Part shown: piece by piece, positions 36,955 through 46,722 of the stretch | Layout of the letters: each line of letters begins with the position of its first letter | Numbering within the stretch: position 1 is the first letter of the stretch | Assembly: GCA_021772535.1 (NCBI GenBank) | Contig: JAJFLV010000004.1 | Span: 19,006 to 83,005 of the forward strand | Source: Opitutales bacterium | GTDB taxonomy: Bacteria; Verrucomicrobiota; Verrucomicrobiia; Opitutales; UBA2987 | DNA: 64,000 nt | Reading direction: 5' to 3' | The notes under the pieces: model-generated | Told to the model about the DNA's origin: nothing | Seen by the model: only the letters and a program-made list of their open reading frames with translations | The model's database searches: none | Position numbers and translations under genes: made by a program

Positions 36955-38646
36955 ATGTTTGAGGACCATAATGCGTCGGTCTTCGACGCGCTGTCCCAAT
37001 CAGGTTTCCTCGAACCGGAGGCCCTGGAAGGATTTTACCGGATTAACCGGCAGACTGGACAATCCTTGGCCGCAGTAGTTCTGCAAAGCGGGGCAATCGG
37101 GCGCGGGCAACTGCTGGAAATTATCGCCCGATATTTGCAATGCGAGTATTTGGCCGATCCCCCCGATTCCATTCCCGATGAGCTTTCCGGCCTGTTAACC
37201 CCGGAGATCGCCCTCAGGTACGCGGTGGCGCCTCTTCGAGCCGAAGAACAGACGATCGAACTGGCTGCTCGCGATCCTTTTAACAGCCGGATCGTTGGGG
37301 ATCTCACATTTTCGCTCAATAAAGATATCCGCATCGTGGTTTGCGATCCCGAGGTGGTAGAAAAATGGATCCGCAAATCCTATGGCGAAGAGAATAGCTC
37401 GGTCGATCAAGCCCTCGCCGACTTGGATCCGCAATCCTTTGACGGGAGTGGTGAAATCGCGGATGGGAAAACCGGCCAGGTTGGTGTTGGAGACACCCCG
37501 GTTATCCGTTTTGTGGACCTTGTTCTCACACAGGCAATTAGAACCCAGGCTTCCGACATTCATTTTGAACCTTTTGAAGATCAATTCCGAATCCGCTGCC
37601 GCGTCGATGGAGCCTTGCGCGATATGCCCCCACCACCCCAAAATCTCGTCCAGCCGATCACCGCGCGGCTCAAGGTAATGGCCAATCTGAACCTGGCCGA
37701 AAAAAGAGTCCCGCAGGACGGACGCATCCGGATGACACTGGCTGGCCGGCCCGTTGACCTGCGTGTTTCCACCTTGCCCACGCGTTATGGTGAGAGTGTT
37801 GTTTTGCGCGTTCTTGATAGGTCAGCCGTAAGCCTGGACTTGGAACGCTTGAGCATGCCCGGGGAATTGATTCTGAATCTTCGGCGAATCGCCCGTCTTC
37901 CCAATGGATTGTTTATCGTCACCGGCCCAACCGGTTGTGGAAAAACGACCACTCTTTACAGCGTCCTGCGTGAAATCAACCGGCCGGAAATTAAAATTCT
38001 AACTATCGAAGATCCAGTCGAATACGAGATCGATGGAATTATGCAAGTAGCTGTCAACCCGCAGATCGATCTCTCCTTTTCCCGTGCGTTGAGGTCTTTC
38101 TTGCGACACGATCCGGATAAAATTCTGGTCGGGGAAATAAGGGACCTGGAGACTGCGCGTATTGCAGTGCAGGCTTCCCTCACCGGGCACCTCGTTCTAA
38201 CCACTTTGCATACCAACAATGCTCCGGGTGCGGTTACCCGTCTCATCGACATGGGGTTGGAGCCTTACCTTCTGGCCGCCACCCTCGATTCTGTCCTGGC
38301 CCAACGCCTCCTTAGACGCATTTGCGAGGAATGCCGTCAACTCCGTCAACCACAGCCTGAACTAATCGAGCAGCTTGGACTTGACGGCGGCCAGGTCGAA
38401 AAAGCGAAGTTTTATTCCGGAAAAGGCTGTGCCAACTGTCAGGAAGAAGGCTGCCGGGGTCGAATCGGTCTTTTTGAAATGTTTACCGTGAGCGCTTCCA
38501 TGCGGAAATTGATCGTTGAAAGTGTCCCGGCCCATACCTTGGCAAGAAAAGCCCGGGAGGAAGGCATGCAGACGTTGCGCGAAGACGGCCTGAGGGCAAT
38601 GCACGAGGGTCTCACAACCATTGAGGAAGTCTTAAAATATACCTGA
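36955..38646 (+). CDS. GspE/PilB-family secretion/pilus-assembly ATPase (paralog 2)
   Basis: Walker A GPTGCGKTT, ILVGEIRDLETA, TGHLVLTTLHTNN, CEEC...CANC. By eye it is roughly half identical to paralog 1 over the ATPase core. The ATG at 36955 is preferred to the track start at 36895, which overlaps pilT. Confidence 0.85.
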   Translation: MFEDHNASVFDALSQSGFLEPEALEGFYRINRQTGQSLAAVVLQSGAIGRGQLLEIIARYLQCEYLADPPDSIPDELSGLLTPEIALRYAVAPLRAEEQTIELAARDPFNSRIVGDLTFSLNKDIRIVVCDPEVVEKWIRKSYGEENSSVDQALADLDPQSFDGSGEIADGKTGQVGVGDTPVIRFVDLVLTQAIRTQASDIHFEPFEDQFRIRCRVDGALRDMPPPPQNLVQPITARLKVMANLNLAEKRVPQDGRIRMTLAGRPVDLRVSTLPTRYGESVVLRVLDRSAVSLDLERLSMPGELILNLRRIARLPNGLFIVTGPTGCGKTTTLYSVLREINRPEIKILTIEDPVEYEIDGIMQVAVNPQIDLSFSRALRSFLRHDPDKILVGEIRDLETARIAVQASLTGHLVLTTLHTNNAPGAVTRLIDMGLEPYLLAATLDSVLAQRLLRRICEECRQLRQPQPELIEQLGLDGGQVEKAKFYSGKGCANCQEEGCRGRIGLFEMFTVSASMRKLIVESVPAHTLARKAREEGMQTLREDGLRAMHEGLTTIEEVLKYT

Positions 38647-38686
38647 GCCGCAAGTCATTTTTACACCCTGAATTTCCGGCATCGAC

Positions 38687-39829
38687 ATGCAAAGTGAACA
38701 GAAATCTCCGCGCGTAGATTCCATATCCCATCGTTATTCCGGCAAAGTCGATATATTGACTAAACTCATTGGGCGGAAACGATCGATCCCGTCCTTAAAA
38801 CTGGCAGTATTCATCCGCCAACTCGCAACCATGGTGCATTCAGGAATGCCATTATTGAGGGCCTTGGAAATCCTCTTGCGTCAGGAAAAAAACAGGTATT
38901 TCCGCATTGTTATGACCAACCTGTCCGATAACGTCCGCAGCGGAAATGCTTTGTCCGATGGATTGGCCCGCTATCCGGGGATTTTCGACCCGCTCATGGT
39001 CAGCATGGTTCGCGCAGGGGAAGCGAGCGGAGAACTGGACACAATTTTGCTTCGCTTGGCCCGCTATCAGGAAAAGAGCCTGCAGGTGCGGAAGAAAATC
39101 ACCGCCGCTTTATATTATCCTGTCATCGTTCTTCTGACCGCGGCGGCCATTGTAAGCCTGTTGTTTCTATTGGTAATCCCGAATTTCCAGGCGGTCTTCG
39201 ATGGGTTGCTCGGCGGCGCTCCCCTTCCCCGCTTGACCCGGTGGGTGATCGATACGAGCCTGTTAGCCAAAGAGCGCTGGTGGTTGGTTTCCGGCGGATT
39301 GGTTATTGTTTGGGCTTTTTACCATTGGCTTCGCCGCACCCGTCGCGGGACTCTCTTCTTTGACCGGCTTTACCTCAGTATGCCAAAAATAGGCGACCTC
39401 TTGCTGAAGGAATCCATAGCCCGTTTTGCTCGAACTTTCGGCACATTGTTGTCCAGCGGTGTGCCCATGCTACAGGCGCTTGCCATCACGCGTGATGTCG
39501 TTGGCAACCGACACATATTGGAAGCTCTGAAGAAAGCCACCCTGCAAGTCCGCGATGGCGAAAGTTTGACGGCCTCTTTGCAGCGATGCGGCATTTTCCC
39601 TCATCTTGTCACCGGCCTGGTGGAGGTGGGGGAGGAAACCGGTGAGTTGGCCCCCATGCTCAACCGCATAGCTGACAATTACGACGAGGACGTCGACCAC
39701 GCACTCGTCGCACTCACTTCGCTCCTTGAGCCCCTCTTGATCCTGTTGTTAGCGTTAGTCATAGGCATCATAGTCATCGCCCTCTTCCTCCCCATCATCC
39801 AAATTCTGCAAAACCTTAGCGGTGGTTGA
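38687..39829 (+). CDS. pilC: Type II secretion system F / PilC-family platform protein
   Basis: 380 aa with two GspF repeats ([12 protein letters not shown]...; [13 protein letters not shown]...) and three TM segments. Confidence 0.8.
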   Translation: MQSEQKSPRVDSISHRYSGKVDILTKLIGRKRSIPSLKLAVFIRQLATMVHSGMPLLRALEILLRQEKNRYFRIVMTNLSDNVRSGNALSDGLARYPGIFDPLMVSMVRAGEASGELDTILLRLARYQEKSLQVRKKITAALYYPVIVLLTAAAIVSLLFLLVIPNFQAVFDGLLGGAPLPRLTRWVIDTSLLAKERWWLVSGGLVIVWAFYHWLRRTRRGTLFFDRLYLSMPKIGDLLLKESIARFARTFGTLLSSGVPMLQALAITRDVVGNRHILEALKKATLQVRDGESLTASLQRCGIFPHLVTGLVEVGEETGELAPMLNRIADNYDEDVDHALVALTSLLEPLLILLLALVIGIIVIALFLPIIQILQNLSGG

Positions 39830-39947
39830 TGGATGCGGTTCTACTTATGAGGCCTTCCAGAGTGGCATCAATTTGTTGAAAAAGTTGGTATTTCCGTTGA
39901 CACGGTCTCTGATTTTGATTTTTCTGCGCGGCTCAATTGAATCTCTT

Positions 39948-40073
39948 ATGAAAGTTGTATCCTCCATCAAGACTTTGAAAAACCGGCATCCGGACTGCAA
40001 GGTGGTGCGTCGCCGTGGCCGTATTTATGTCATTTGCAAAACCAATCCCCGCTTCAAGGCCCGCCAGGGTTGA
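39948..40073 (+). CDS. rpmJ: 50S ribosomal protein L36, type B (zinc-independent, YkgO-like)
   Basis: [41 protein letters not shown] closely resembles E. coli YkgO and lacks the CxxC...CxxxH zinc ribbon. Only the last 41 codons of track ORF 39822..40073 belong to it. Confidence 0.85.
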   Translation: MKVVSSIKTLKNRHPDCKVVRRRGRIYVICKTNPRFKARQG

Positions 40074-40127
40074 GATTGCTGCTGGGTTGGCCAATCTGTT
40101 TTTACTCGATAGAATAGAGAATTAGAA

Positions 40128-40373
40128 ATGAAAAAGAGCATCCATCCGCAGTTGAATCCGGTTTGCTTCGTGGACGTTTCCACCAACAAGCAGTTTCTCA
40201 CTCGCGCCGCGATGAAGTCGAAAAATACCGAAACTATTGATGGTGTGGAGTATTACGTAGTTGTGCGGGATGTCACCAGCGACTCCCATCCGGCCTATAC
40301 GGGAGAGAAACGCTTTGTCGATACGGCGGGCAGAGTGGAGAAATTTCGGTCCAAATTCAGCCGCAAGCGCTGA
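40128..40373 (+). CDS. rpmE2: 50S ribosomal protein L31, type B (zinc-independent, YkgM-like)
   Basis: 81 aa. MKKSIHPQLNPVCFVD...SDSHPAYTGEKRFVDTAGRVEKFRSKF. There are no CxxC pairs, and the length and pattern fit type B L31. Confidence 0.85.
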   Translation: MKKSIHPQLNPVCFVDVSTNKQFLTRAAMKSKNTETIDGVEYYVVVRDVTSDSHPAYTGEKRFVDTAGRVEKFRSKFSRKR

Positions 40374-40387
40374 GTTGGTCTGTTTTC

Positions 40388-41629
40388 CTACTTCCCCTTC
40401 GCCCCTTTGGGTTCAAAGGTATGGATAAAAAGCCCTGATCTCAGTTTGGGCTCGAACCAGGTAGATTTGGGCGGCATATTTCGGCCGGAATCAGCGATCT
40501 CCATCAATTGTTCAACGGTTACCGGATAGAGAGAAAATGCCACCGCTCCCTGGCCGCTATCGACCTTTTTCTGTAGTTCCCCGGAACCGCGGATTCCGCC
40601 CACAAAATCGATCTTGTCACTGGTCTTTTGGTCTTTAATTCCCAGGATTGGGTGAAACACTTTATCCTGCAAAATGCTGATATCTAGCCTTTCCACCGGA
40701 CCGTTTTCCGGGTCAGAAGTCAGTTTCAGGCCATACCATCGGCCATCGAGATACATGCTCACATCACCGGGGTATTCAGGAGTGGGCGAAGCTTCCTCTC
40801 GAACCTGTATTGCGGCCCGCACTTTTTCCAGGAATTCGCCCGGTTCCAGTCCATTAAGATCGCGGATAACCCGGTTGTAAGCTAAAATCCGTAATTGCGA
40901 GGCTGGAAAAAGCACACAGAGGAACCAATTGTAGTCCTCCTTCCCGGTATGGTTAGGGTTGGCCGTGCGGCGCTCTTTTCCCACCCGGGCGGCGCTGGCG
41001 CTTCGATGGTGTCCGTCGGCCACGTAAAAACAAGGCACGTTCCCAAAAGCATCCACTGTTTTGTCCCCTCCGGAAATTTTCCAAAGTGTATGGCGGATGC
41101 CTTCCGCAACCCTGAAATCATACAGGGGTGCCGATTTGACAACCTCATCAATCAGCGAATCAATTTGGCTGTCGTCCTGGTAAGTGAGAAAGACCGGCCC
41201 CGGATTTGCGCTCAGGTCGCTGGTCAGGCGGGTCCGGTCGTCCTCTTTTTCCTTTCGGGTTTCCTCGTGAAGTTTGATCGAACCATTCTCGTAATCCTCC
41301 ACATGGCAGAGAGTTACAATTCCCCGCTGTCGGTGATTGGCGGTTTCCTGCTGGTAGAGGTAAAGGGAGGGTTCGTTTTCACCAATCAGGTGTCCCTCTG
41401 CCTGCATGTGAACAAAATTTTCCAACGCGCGGGCATAAACCGGATCCGAGTATGGGTCGATTCCTTCCGGCAAACTGCCCTCCGCGCGTACCACACTCAG
41501 CATACTGAGGGGGTTGTCTTGAAGGATTTCACGGACCTCACTCTCCGAGACTACGTCATAAGGAGGCGAGGCGACTTTTTCCACCACCGCCTCGGCTGGT
41601 CTCAGCCCTTGAAATGCCCGAATCTTCAT
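40388..41629 (-). CDS. DUF1015-family protein
   Basis: 413 aa. ASPPYDVVSE and FYVADGHHRSASA are motifs I associate with DUF1015. Confidence 0.6.
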   Translation of the reverse strand: MKIRAFQGLRPAEAVVEKVASPPYDVVSESEVREILQDNPLSMLSVVRAEGSLPEGIDPYSDPVYARALENFVHMQAEGHLIGENEPSLYLYQQETANHRQRGIVTLCHVEDYENGSIKLHEETRKEKEDDRTRLTSDLSANPGPVFLTYQDDSQIDSLIDEVVKSAPLYDFRVAEGIRHTLWKISGGDKTVDAFGNVPCFYVADGHHRSASAARVGKERRTANPNHTGKEDYNWFLCVLFPASQLRILAYNRVIRDLNGLEPGEFLEKVRAAIQVREEASPTPEYPGDVSMYLDGRWYGLKLTSDPENGPVERLDISILQDKVFHPILGIKDQKTSDKIDFVGGIRGSGELQKKVDSGQGAVAFSLYPVTVEQLMEIADSGRNMPPKSTWFEPKLRSGLFIHTFEPKGAKGK

Positions 41630-41670
41630 ATCGGTCTCAACAAAAGTGTTTCGGAATATTCTGAAGTCGC

Positions 41671-42588
41671 CTAATTGGCCTTTTTCTTTCTTCGCTTTGT
41701 CCGGTGGCGACCCTTGAAGGTAAGCTCCGCGATACCTGATTTATCGAGTTCACCGAGCCCCTCTTCAATCATGCGGTCATACTGGGCCTTGGTGGCGTCG
41801 TTGAGAGGCAAATTGAGGCGGTATTTGCGGGCTAGGGCAGCGGCAATACCCGAATCTTTGGACGCATGGGCGGCGGAGAAATAACATTCGTGGTCGCGAA
41901 TCTGCATATCCTCGCCATCAGTCTCCAAAACACGCGAGTTGGCTCCCGTTTGGGCAAACACTTCCCGCAATAGGGCTAAATCCAGTCCCAGGGCCGCGCC
42001 CAGGCCCAATCCTTCGGCCAGGCCCGCCGTGTTGATATTCATGACCATGTTGACCAGGGCCTTGACCTCGGCCGCTGTGCCCGCCGGGCCGATGTATCGC
42101 GTGTTGGAGCTGAGAGCTTCAAGGATGTCCTTTACCCTCTCGAAAGTTCGGGGTTTACCGCCCACCATGAGGTAAAGAGTGCCCTCACGGGCTTGAGTAA
42201 TACTGGAAGCCATGCAGCCTTCAAGGGTTGAAGCTCGCGCCTGGCCGGCTGCTTTTTCGATTTCGATATGAATTTTTGGCGAAACGGTGGCGCAATTGAT
42301 AAATACCCGTCGGCCTGCGCCCATCAAGAGATTGTCCTTTTTTCCTTTGAAAATTTTCCGCATGGCGGCGTCATCGGTAACCACCGTTATGACCACCTCC
42401 GAAGCCTTGGTCACTCCTGCCAGGGTTGGGCTGTGCATACAGTCCAGCTCGGTCGCGAGAGCTTCGGCCACCTCCTTGTTAACATCGTAAACGGCTGAGA
42501 TGGGGTAGCCGCAATCTTTTAGATGGCGGGCCATGTTGGCGCCCATGCGGCCGGTTCCGACAAATCCTATTCTTTTCTTTTTTGCCAT
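41671..42588 (-). CDS. NAD(P)-dependent oxidoreductase, 3-hydroxyisobutyrate/6-phosphogluconate dehydrogenase-like
   Basis: IGFVGTGRMGANMARHL Rossmann motif and a beta-hydroxyacid dehydrogenase-like length. It carries an unusual basic tail HRTKRRKKKAN. Confidence 0.7.
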   Translation of the reverse strand: MAKKKRIGFVGTGRMGANMARHLKDCGYPISAVYDVNKEVAEALATELDCMHSPTLAGVTKASEVVITVVTDDAAMRKIFKGKKDNLLMGAGRRVFINCATVSPKIHIEIEKAAGQARASTLEGCMASSITQAREGTLYLMVGGKPRTFERVKDILEALSSNTRYIGPAGTAAEVKALVNMVMNINTAGLAEGLGLGAALGLDLALLREVFAQTGANSRVLETDGEDMQIRDHECYFSAAHASKDSGIAAALARKYRLNLPLNDATKAQYDRMIEEGLGELDKSGIAELTFKGRHRTKRRKKKAN

Positions 42589-42623
42589 GATTTTTGCGGT
42601 ATTAATGAAGTAAACAATGAGAT

Positions 42624-43460
42624 TTACTTGAATTCAGGGTGAAAGGGATTATGGGCTCTTTCTTCTGCCACCGTGGTCATGGGTCCATGCCCGGGGCAAA
42701 TGATCGTATTGTCGGGAAGAGTGAGAATTTTTGTGCGATTGTTATCGAGCGCCTGCAGGTAAGACCTCGGCGCGCCTCCCATGGAATTGGCAAAAAGGGA
42801 GTCTCCCACCACGGCCACCGTTCGGGCCAGACCCGAGACCACAAATGTCGTTCCCCCCGGCGAGTGACCGTGGGTTAATCGAGCTTCGATGTTGAGACCT
42901 CCGGTTTGGAATTGATCGCCCTCGTCGATCAGGTTGGCCCCACGGTATGGTTCGCACTGGTTGACATAAACCATCGGATTTCCCGTTTCACTGCTCAATC
43001 GTCCCACATCCGCGATATGGTCTCCATGGGTGTGTGTGAGGAAAATTCCCGTCAAAGTCAGGTTGTGTTCCTTGATTTTGTTGAGTATTCCGGTGGCATC
43101 GGCTCCTGTATCGAAAGCTGCCGCCTGTTGCGTTTGCGGATCCCAAATCAAAAAAGCGTTTACCGTCATTTCTTCATATCCGGGGATAGGGAAAGGTGTG
43201 TTAAAACTGTAGAGACCTTCCATTTCGACCGGTTCGGGTTGCCAGGATTGCTGGCCACTGGCTACCAGGGAGTCGGCATGAAGATTTAGAACAGGGGCCA
43301 GGGACCGGGCGGTTTGCTCCTCGAAAACACCGTTCATAGCGTCTTTCACCGATTCAACGGAAATGCTGGCCCGCTTTGCCAACTCCCGTTTGCCAATACC
43401 AAGACCGGTGGCGGCTTTGCCTACAATGTCCTCGTAATAATCTTCCAGTGGTATCTTCAA
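42624..43460 (-). CDS. MBL-fold metallo-hydrolase with ~80-aa N-terminal HTH-like extension
   Basis: THTHGDHI (HxHxDH), later HGHSPGG and CPGHG. The N-terminal segment GIGKRELAKRASISVESVKDAMNG resembles an XRE-type helix-turn-helix. Confidence 0.7.
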   Translation of the reverse strand: MKIPLEDYYEDIVGKAATGLGIGKRELAKRASISVESVKDAMNGVFEEQTARSLAPVLNLHADSLVASGQQSWQPEPVEMEGLYSFNTPFPIPGYEEMTVNAFLIWDPQTQQAAAFDTGADATGILNKIKEHNLTLTGIFLTHTHGDHIADVGRLSSETGNPMVYVNQCEPYRGANLIDEGDQFQTGGLNIEARLTHGHSPGGTTFVVSGLARTVAVVGDSLFANSMGGAPRSYLQALDNNRTKILTLPDNTIICPGHGPMTTVAEERAHNPFHPEFK

Positions 43461-43492
43461 TTTCTGTTTCTTTTTTGAGTTTAAAAATCAAT

Positions 43493-44374
43493 TCAGGCGG
43501 ATGCGGCGCCGGGACGGGAACCGAACCGCGCTGATTGCTCCTCGGCATGATAGGAAGAACGCACCAGGGGTCCCGACTCGACTACATCGAACCCAATTGT
43601 CAGTCCGAATTCCCTCCATTCCACAAATTCTTCCGGGGTGACCCAGCGGTCCACCGGCGCATGTTCGGACGTTGGTTGCAAATATTGGCCAATGGTAATG
43701 ATTTTTACTTCGGCATCGCGTAAGTCCCTCAAAACCCGGCCAATTTCCTCCCGGCGTTCACCGATCCCGAGCATGATTCCCGATTTAGTGACGAACCCAC
43801 GCTTGTGAGCATGACGGAGAATTTCCAGGGTCCTTTCATAGCGAGCTGTTTTGCGGACCGGACGTTGCAGGCGCCTGACCGTTTCCATATTGTGATTGAG
43901 AATGTCAGGGCCTGCCTCCAGCACGGTGTCGAGATTTTCCTTGTTCCCGCGAAAATCGGGTACGAGTACTTCTATGGAGGTGGTGGGATTGCGGTGGCGG
44001 ATGGCCCGAATTGTGGCGGCCCAGGCGGTTGCGCCCCCATCCGGCAGATCATCCCGCGCCACGGAAGTTACGACGCAATGGCGAAGGCCCATTTTAGCCA
44101 CCGCCTCAGCAGCGCGGGCCGGCTCCCCCAAATCCAGCTTTTCAGGTCTCCCTGTTTGGATGTTGCAAAAGGTGCAGGAACGAGTGCAAACATTGCCCAA
44201 AATCATTAAGGTAGCCGTGCCGCGGGACCAGCACTCCCCCAGGTTGGGGCAGTTTGCGCTCTGGCAGACGGTATTCAGGTCGTTGTCCTTGACCAAGTGT
44301 CGAACCCGTTGGTAGGACGGGTCGAAGGGCAGCCGGGCGCGGAGCCATTTGGGTTTGCGGCTAGTTGGCATCAT
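43493..44374 (-). CDS. lipA: Lipoyl synthase
   Basis: CPNLGECWSRGTATLMILGNVCTRSCTFCNI contains both LipA cysteine clusters. The ATG at 44374 (MMPTSRKPKWLRA) is preferred to the TTG at 44428. Confidence 0.9.
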   Translation of the reverse strand: MMPTSRKPKWLRARLPFDPSYQRVRHLVKDNDLNTVCQSANCPNLGECWSRGTATLMILGNVCTRSCTFCNIQTGRPEKLDLGEPARAAEAVAKMGLRHCVVTSVARDDLPDGGATAWAATIRAIRHRNPTTSIEVLVPDFRGNKENLDTVLEAGPDILNHNMETVRRLQRPVRKTARYERTLEILRHAHKRGFVTKSGIMLGIGERREEIGRVLRDLRDAEVKIITIGQYLQPTSEHAPVDRWVTPEEFVEWREFGLTIGFDVVESGPLVRSSYHAEEQSARFGSRPGAASA

Positions 44375-44493
44375 TGGTGCGGTAATGAAAGGATTTCCCG
44401 CCCTGACCGCAAGCCAGTATTCGACCAATATGGGCTAAGTTATATTTGATCTCCGGCTTCAGCCCTGGGAGAATTGCTTTAAATTCAACTGTT

Positions 44494-44982
44494 TTAAGCC
44501 AGGACCAGAAAAAACCCCGCGATCAGAGAAACGGTGACTCCGAATTTCAGGACAAAGGCTATCAGGCCTCCCACAATCGTGCCAATACCCGCTTTCCCGG
44601 CTTGCCTGAGATCACGGCCCCCGAGCGTTTCAGCAGCCACCACACCTGCAATCGGCCCCAGGATGAGACCGGGCAAATTGAAAATCAATATTCCGATAAT
44701 GCCGCCCAATACGCCCCCCAGCGCCCCCCTCCAGGTGGCCCCGAATTTTTTGGCCCCCCAGTATGTGCAGGCCATATCCAAACCCTGGGCAAAAAGAACC
44801 AGTCCAGTGGCGACCCCCAGAAACCACCACGGCACGGAAGCATCCCAAAGCCACAGTTTGTGGATAACGATGCCCGCCCAGGCGATCACCGTACCAGGAA
44901 GAATCGGCAAAAATGAGGCCAGGAGTCCGAACGAGAAACAGATGATGACTACCACCATGGCAAAATTTACGGCTGTAAACAT
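44494..44982 (-). CDS. DUF456-like small integral membrane protein
   Basis: 162 aa, four to five TM helices, LPILPGTVIAWAGIVIH-type motif. Confidence 0.45.
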   Translation of the reverse strand: MFTAVNFAMVVVIICFSFGLLASFLPILPGTVIAWAGIVIHKLWLWDASVPWWFLGVATGLVLFAQGLDMACTYWGAKKFGATWRGALGGVLGGIIGILIFNLPGLILGPIAGVVAAETLGGRDLRQAGKAGIGTIVGGLIAFVLKFGVTVSLIAGFFLVLA

Positions 44983-45135
44983 GAATTGTTTAGAAAATTG
45001 GAAGACAATCTATTTATTGGGGCAATCTTGAAATTAAATCATCCGCCTTCTTTTATGGATGCCCTGAAACAGGATTTTGGATTCAAATTTCCAATTGATT
45101 CTTGCCGGGTCATAACACAGTCTTAGCGGTTTCCC

Positions 45136-46617
45136 ATGACTGAGAAATCTGATACCACAACGCCCACGCACGATTTGTACGCCGTGCGGATGGGAAAACT
45201 TAATGCCATGCGGGAGAGCGGCTTCGATCCCTTTCGCGCCAATTGGGACCAGGAGCACACTTCGGCCCAGGCTCGTGATCTCTATCAGGAGGACGAGGAG
45301 AACAGCCCCATAGTCAAAGTCGCCGGACGCATCGTGGTGTTTCGCCTTATGGGCAAGGCGGCATTTGTCAAAATTCTCGATCGGGATGGCAAATTGCAGC
45401 TTTATTTCCGCCGCGACGAGATCGGCGAGGATGCCTACAAAGCTTTCCGAAAGCTCGACTTGGGAGATTTTATTGGGGCGGAAGGACCTCTTTTCAAAAC
45501 GAAAACCGGTGAAATAACGGTTCGGGTAAAAAGTTACCGGCTGGTGGCCAAAGCGCTCCGGCCCCTTCCCGAGAAATGGCACGGTCTTTCCGACAACGAG
45601 CAGATTTACCGCCAGCGGTACCTGGACCTCATCGTCAACGAAGAATCCCGTGATCGGTTTCTCAAGCGGAGCAAAATTGTTTCCAGCATACGTCGTTTCC
45701 TGGATTCCAGGGCATTTCTGGAAGTAGAAACCTCGATGCTGCAACCGGAGTTCGGGGGAGCTGCGGCCAAGCCGTTCGCCACACATTTCAATGCCCTCGA
45801 TTGCGATTTTTACCTGCGCATTGCCCTGGAGTTGAATTTGAAGAAGCTGCTCGTGGGCGGGTTTGACCGGGTTTATGAAATCGGGAGGATTTTTCGCAAT
45901 GAGGGGTTGTCCCGCAAGCACAGTCCGGAGTTCACCATGTTGGAGGTTTACCAGGCTTACACCGACTACCGGGGAATCATGGAATTGGTGCGTGAAATGA
46001 TTCAGACTATATGCCGGGAGGTTCTTGGAAAAACTGAAATTGAACTCCACGACGGGCAATCAATCAAGCTTGGAGGGCTCTGGCGGGAGGTCCCCTACAA
46101 AGAGCTGGTCATTGAGGCGACTGGCGATCCTCAGTGGTTTTCCCGCTCAAGGGAAGAGATGCTGGCTCGTTGCGAAGAAATGGGAATCGACTCGAACCCG
46201 AATCAGGAAAGATTCGAGATCACCAACGATGTTTTCGAGAAGCGGATCGAGCCCAATCTTATTCAACCGACCTTTGTCACCCATCTGCCACGAGAACTTT
46301 GCCCTTTGGCCAAACTGACCGAAGGGGACGAATCGACCATTGATGTTTTCGAACTTTGTATTGGGGGCCAGGAGATCGCACCGGCCTATTCCGAGCAAAA
46401 CGATCCCCTCGCGCAGCGTGAAATGTTCGCTGCCCAGGCTGGCGACGAGCAGCAAAACATCGACAATGACTTCATTCTCGCTCTCGAACACGGGATGCCT
46501 CCGGCTGGCGGCATCGGAGTGGGAATCGACCGGTTGGTCATGATATTAACCGGCGCAACCAATCTTCGGGACACCATACTTTTTCCTACGCTCAAGCCTA
46601 CAGACGGAAAGCCTTGA
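45136..46617 (+). CDS. lysS: Lysine--tRNA ligase (class II)
   Basis: 493 aa. OB-fold N-domain, class II motifs (FRNEGLSRKHSPEFTMLE; GGIGVGIDRLVMIL). Confidence 0.9.
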   Translation: MTEKSDTTTPTHDLYAVRMGKLNAMRESGFDPFRANWDQEHTSAQARDLYQEDEENSPIVKVAGRIVVFRLMGKAAFVKILDRDGKLQLYFRRDEIGEDAYKAFRKLDLGDFIGAEGPLFKTKTGEITVRVKSYRLVAKALRPLPEKWHGLSDNEQIYRQRYLDLIVNEESRDRFLKRSKIVSSIRRFLDSRAFLEVETSMLQPEFGGAAAKPFATHFNALDCDFYLRIALELNLKKLLVGGFDRVYEIGRIFRNEGLSRKHSPEFTMLEVYQAYTDYRGIMELVREMIQTICREVLGKTEIELHDGQSIKLGGLWREVPYKELVIEATGDPQWFSRSREEMLARCEEMGIDSNPNQERFEITNDVFEKRIEPNLIQPTFVTHLPRELCPLAKLTEGDESTIDVFELCIGGQEIAPAYSEQNDPLAQREMFAAQAGDEQQNIDNDFILALEHGMPPAGGIGVGIDRLVMILTGATNLRDTILFPTLKPTDGKP

Positions 46618-46722
46618 TACGCTGATAAATGGCCGGGTAGGAACCCGAAGGATTCACTCGATGACTAATTTAATTTGTAACGTGGTTTTCGCGCTTTCAT
46701 TTTTTGACCCTCAACTAACATA

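Noticed and set aside
39822-39947. The first 42 codons of track ORF 39822..40073
   Set aside because: Only the last 41 codons match ribosomal protein L36. The upstream in-frame stretch overlaps the pilC stop and has no supporting features.
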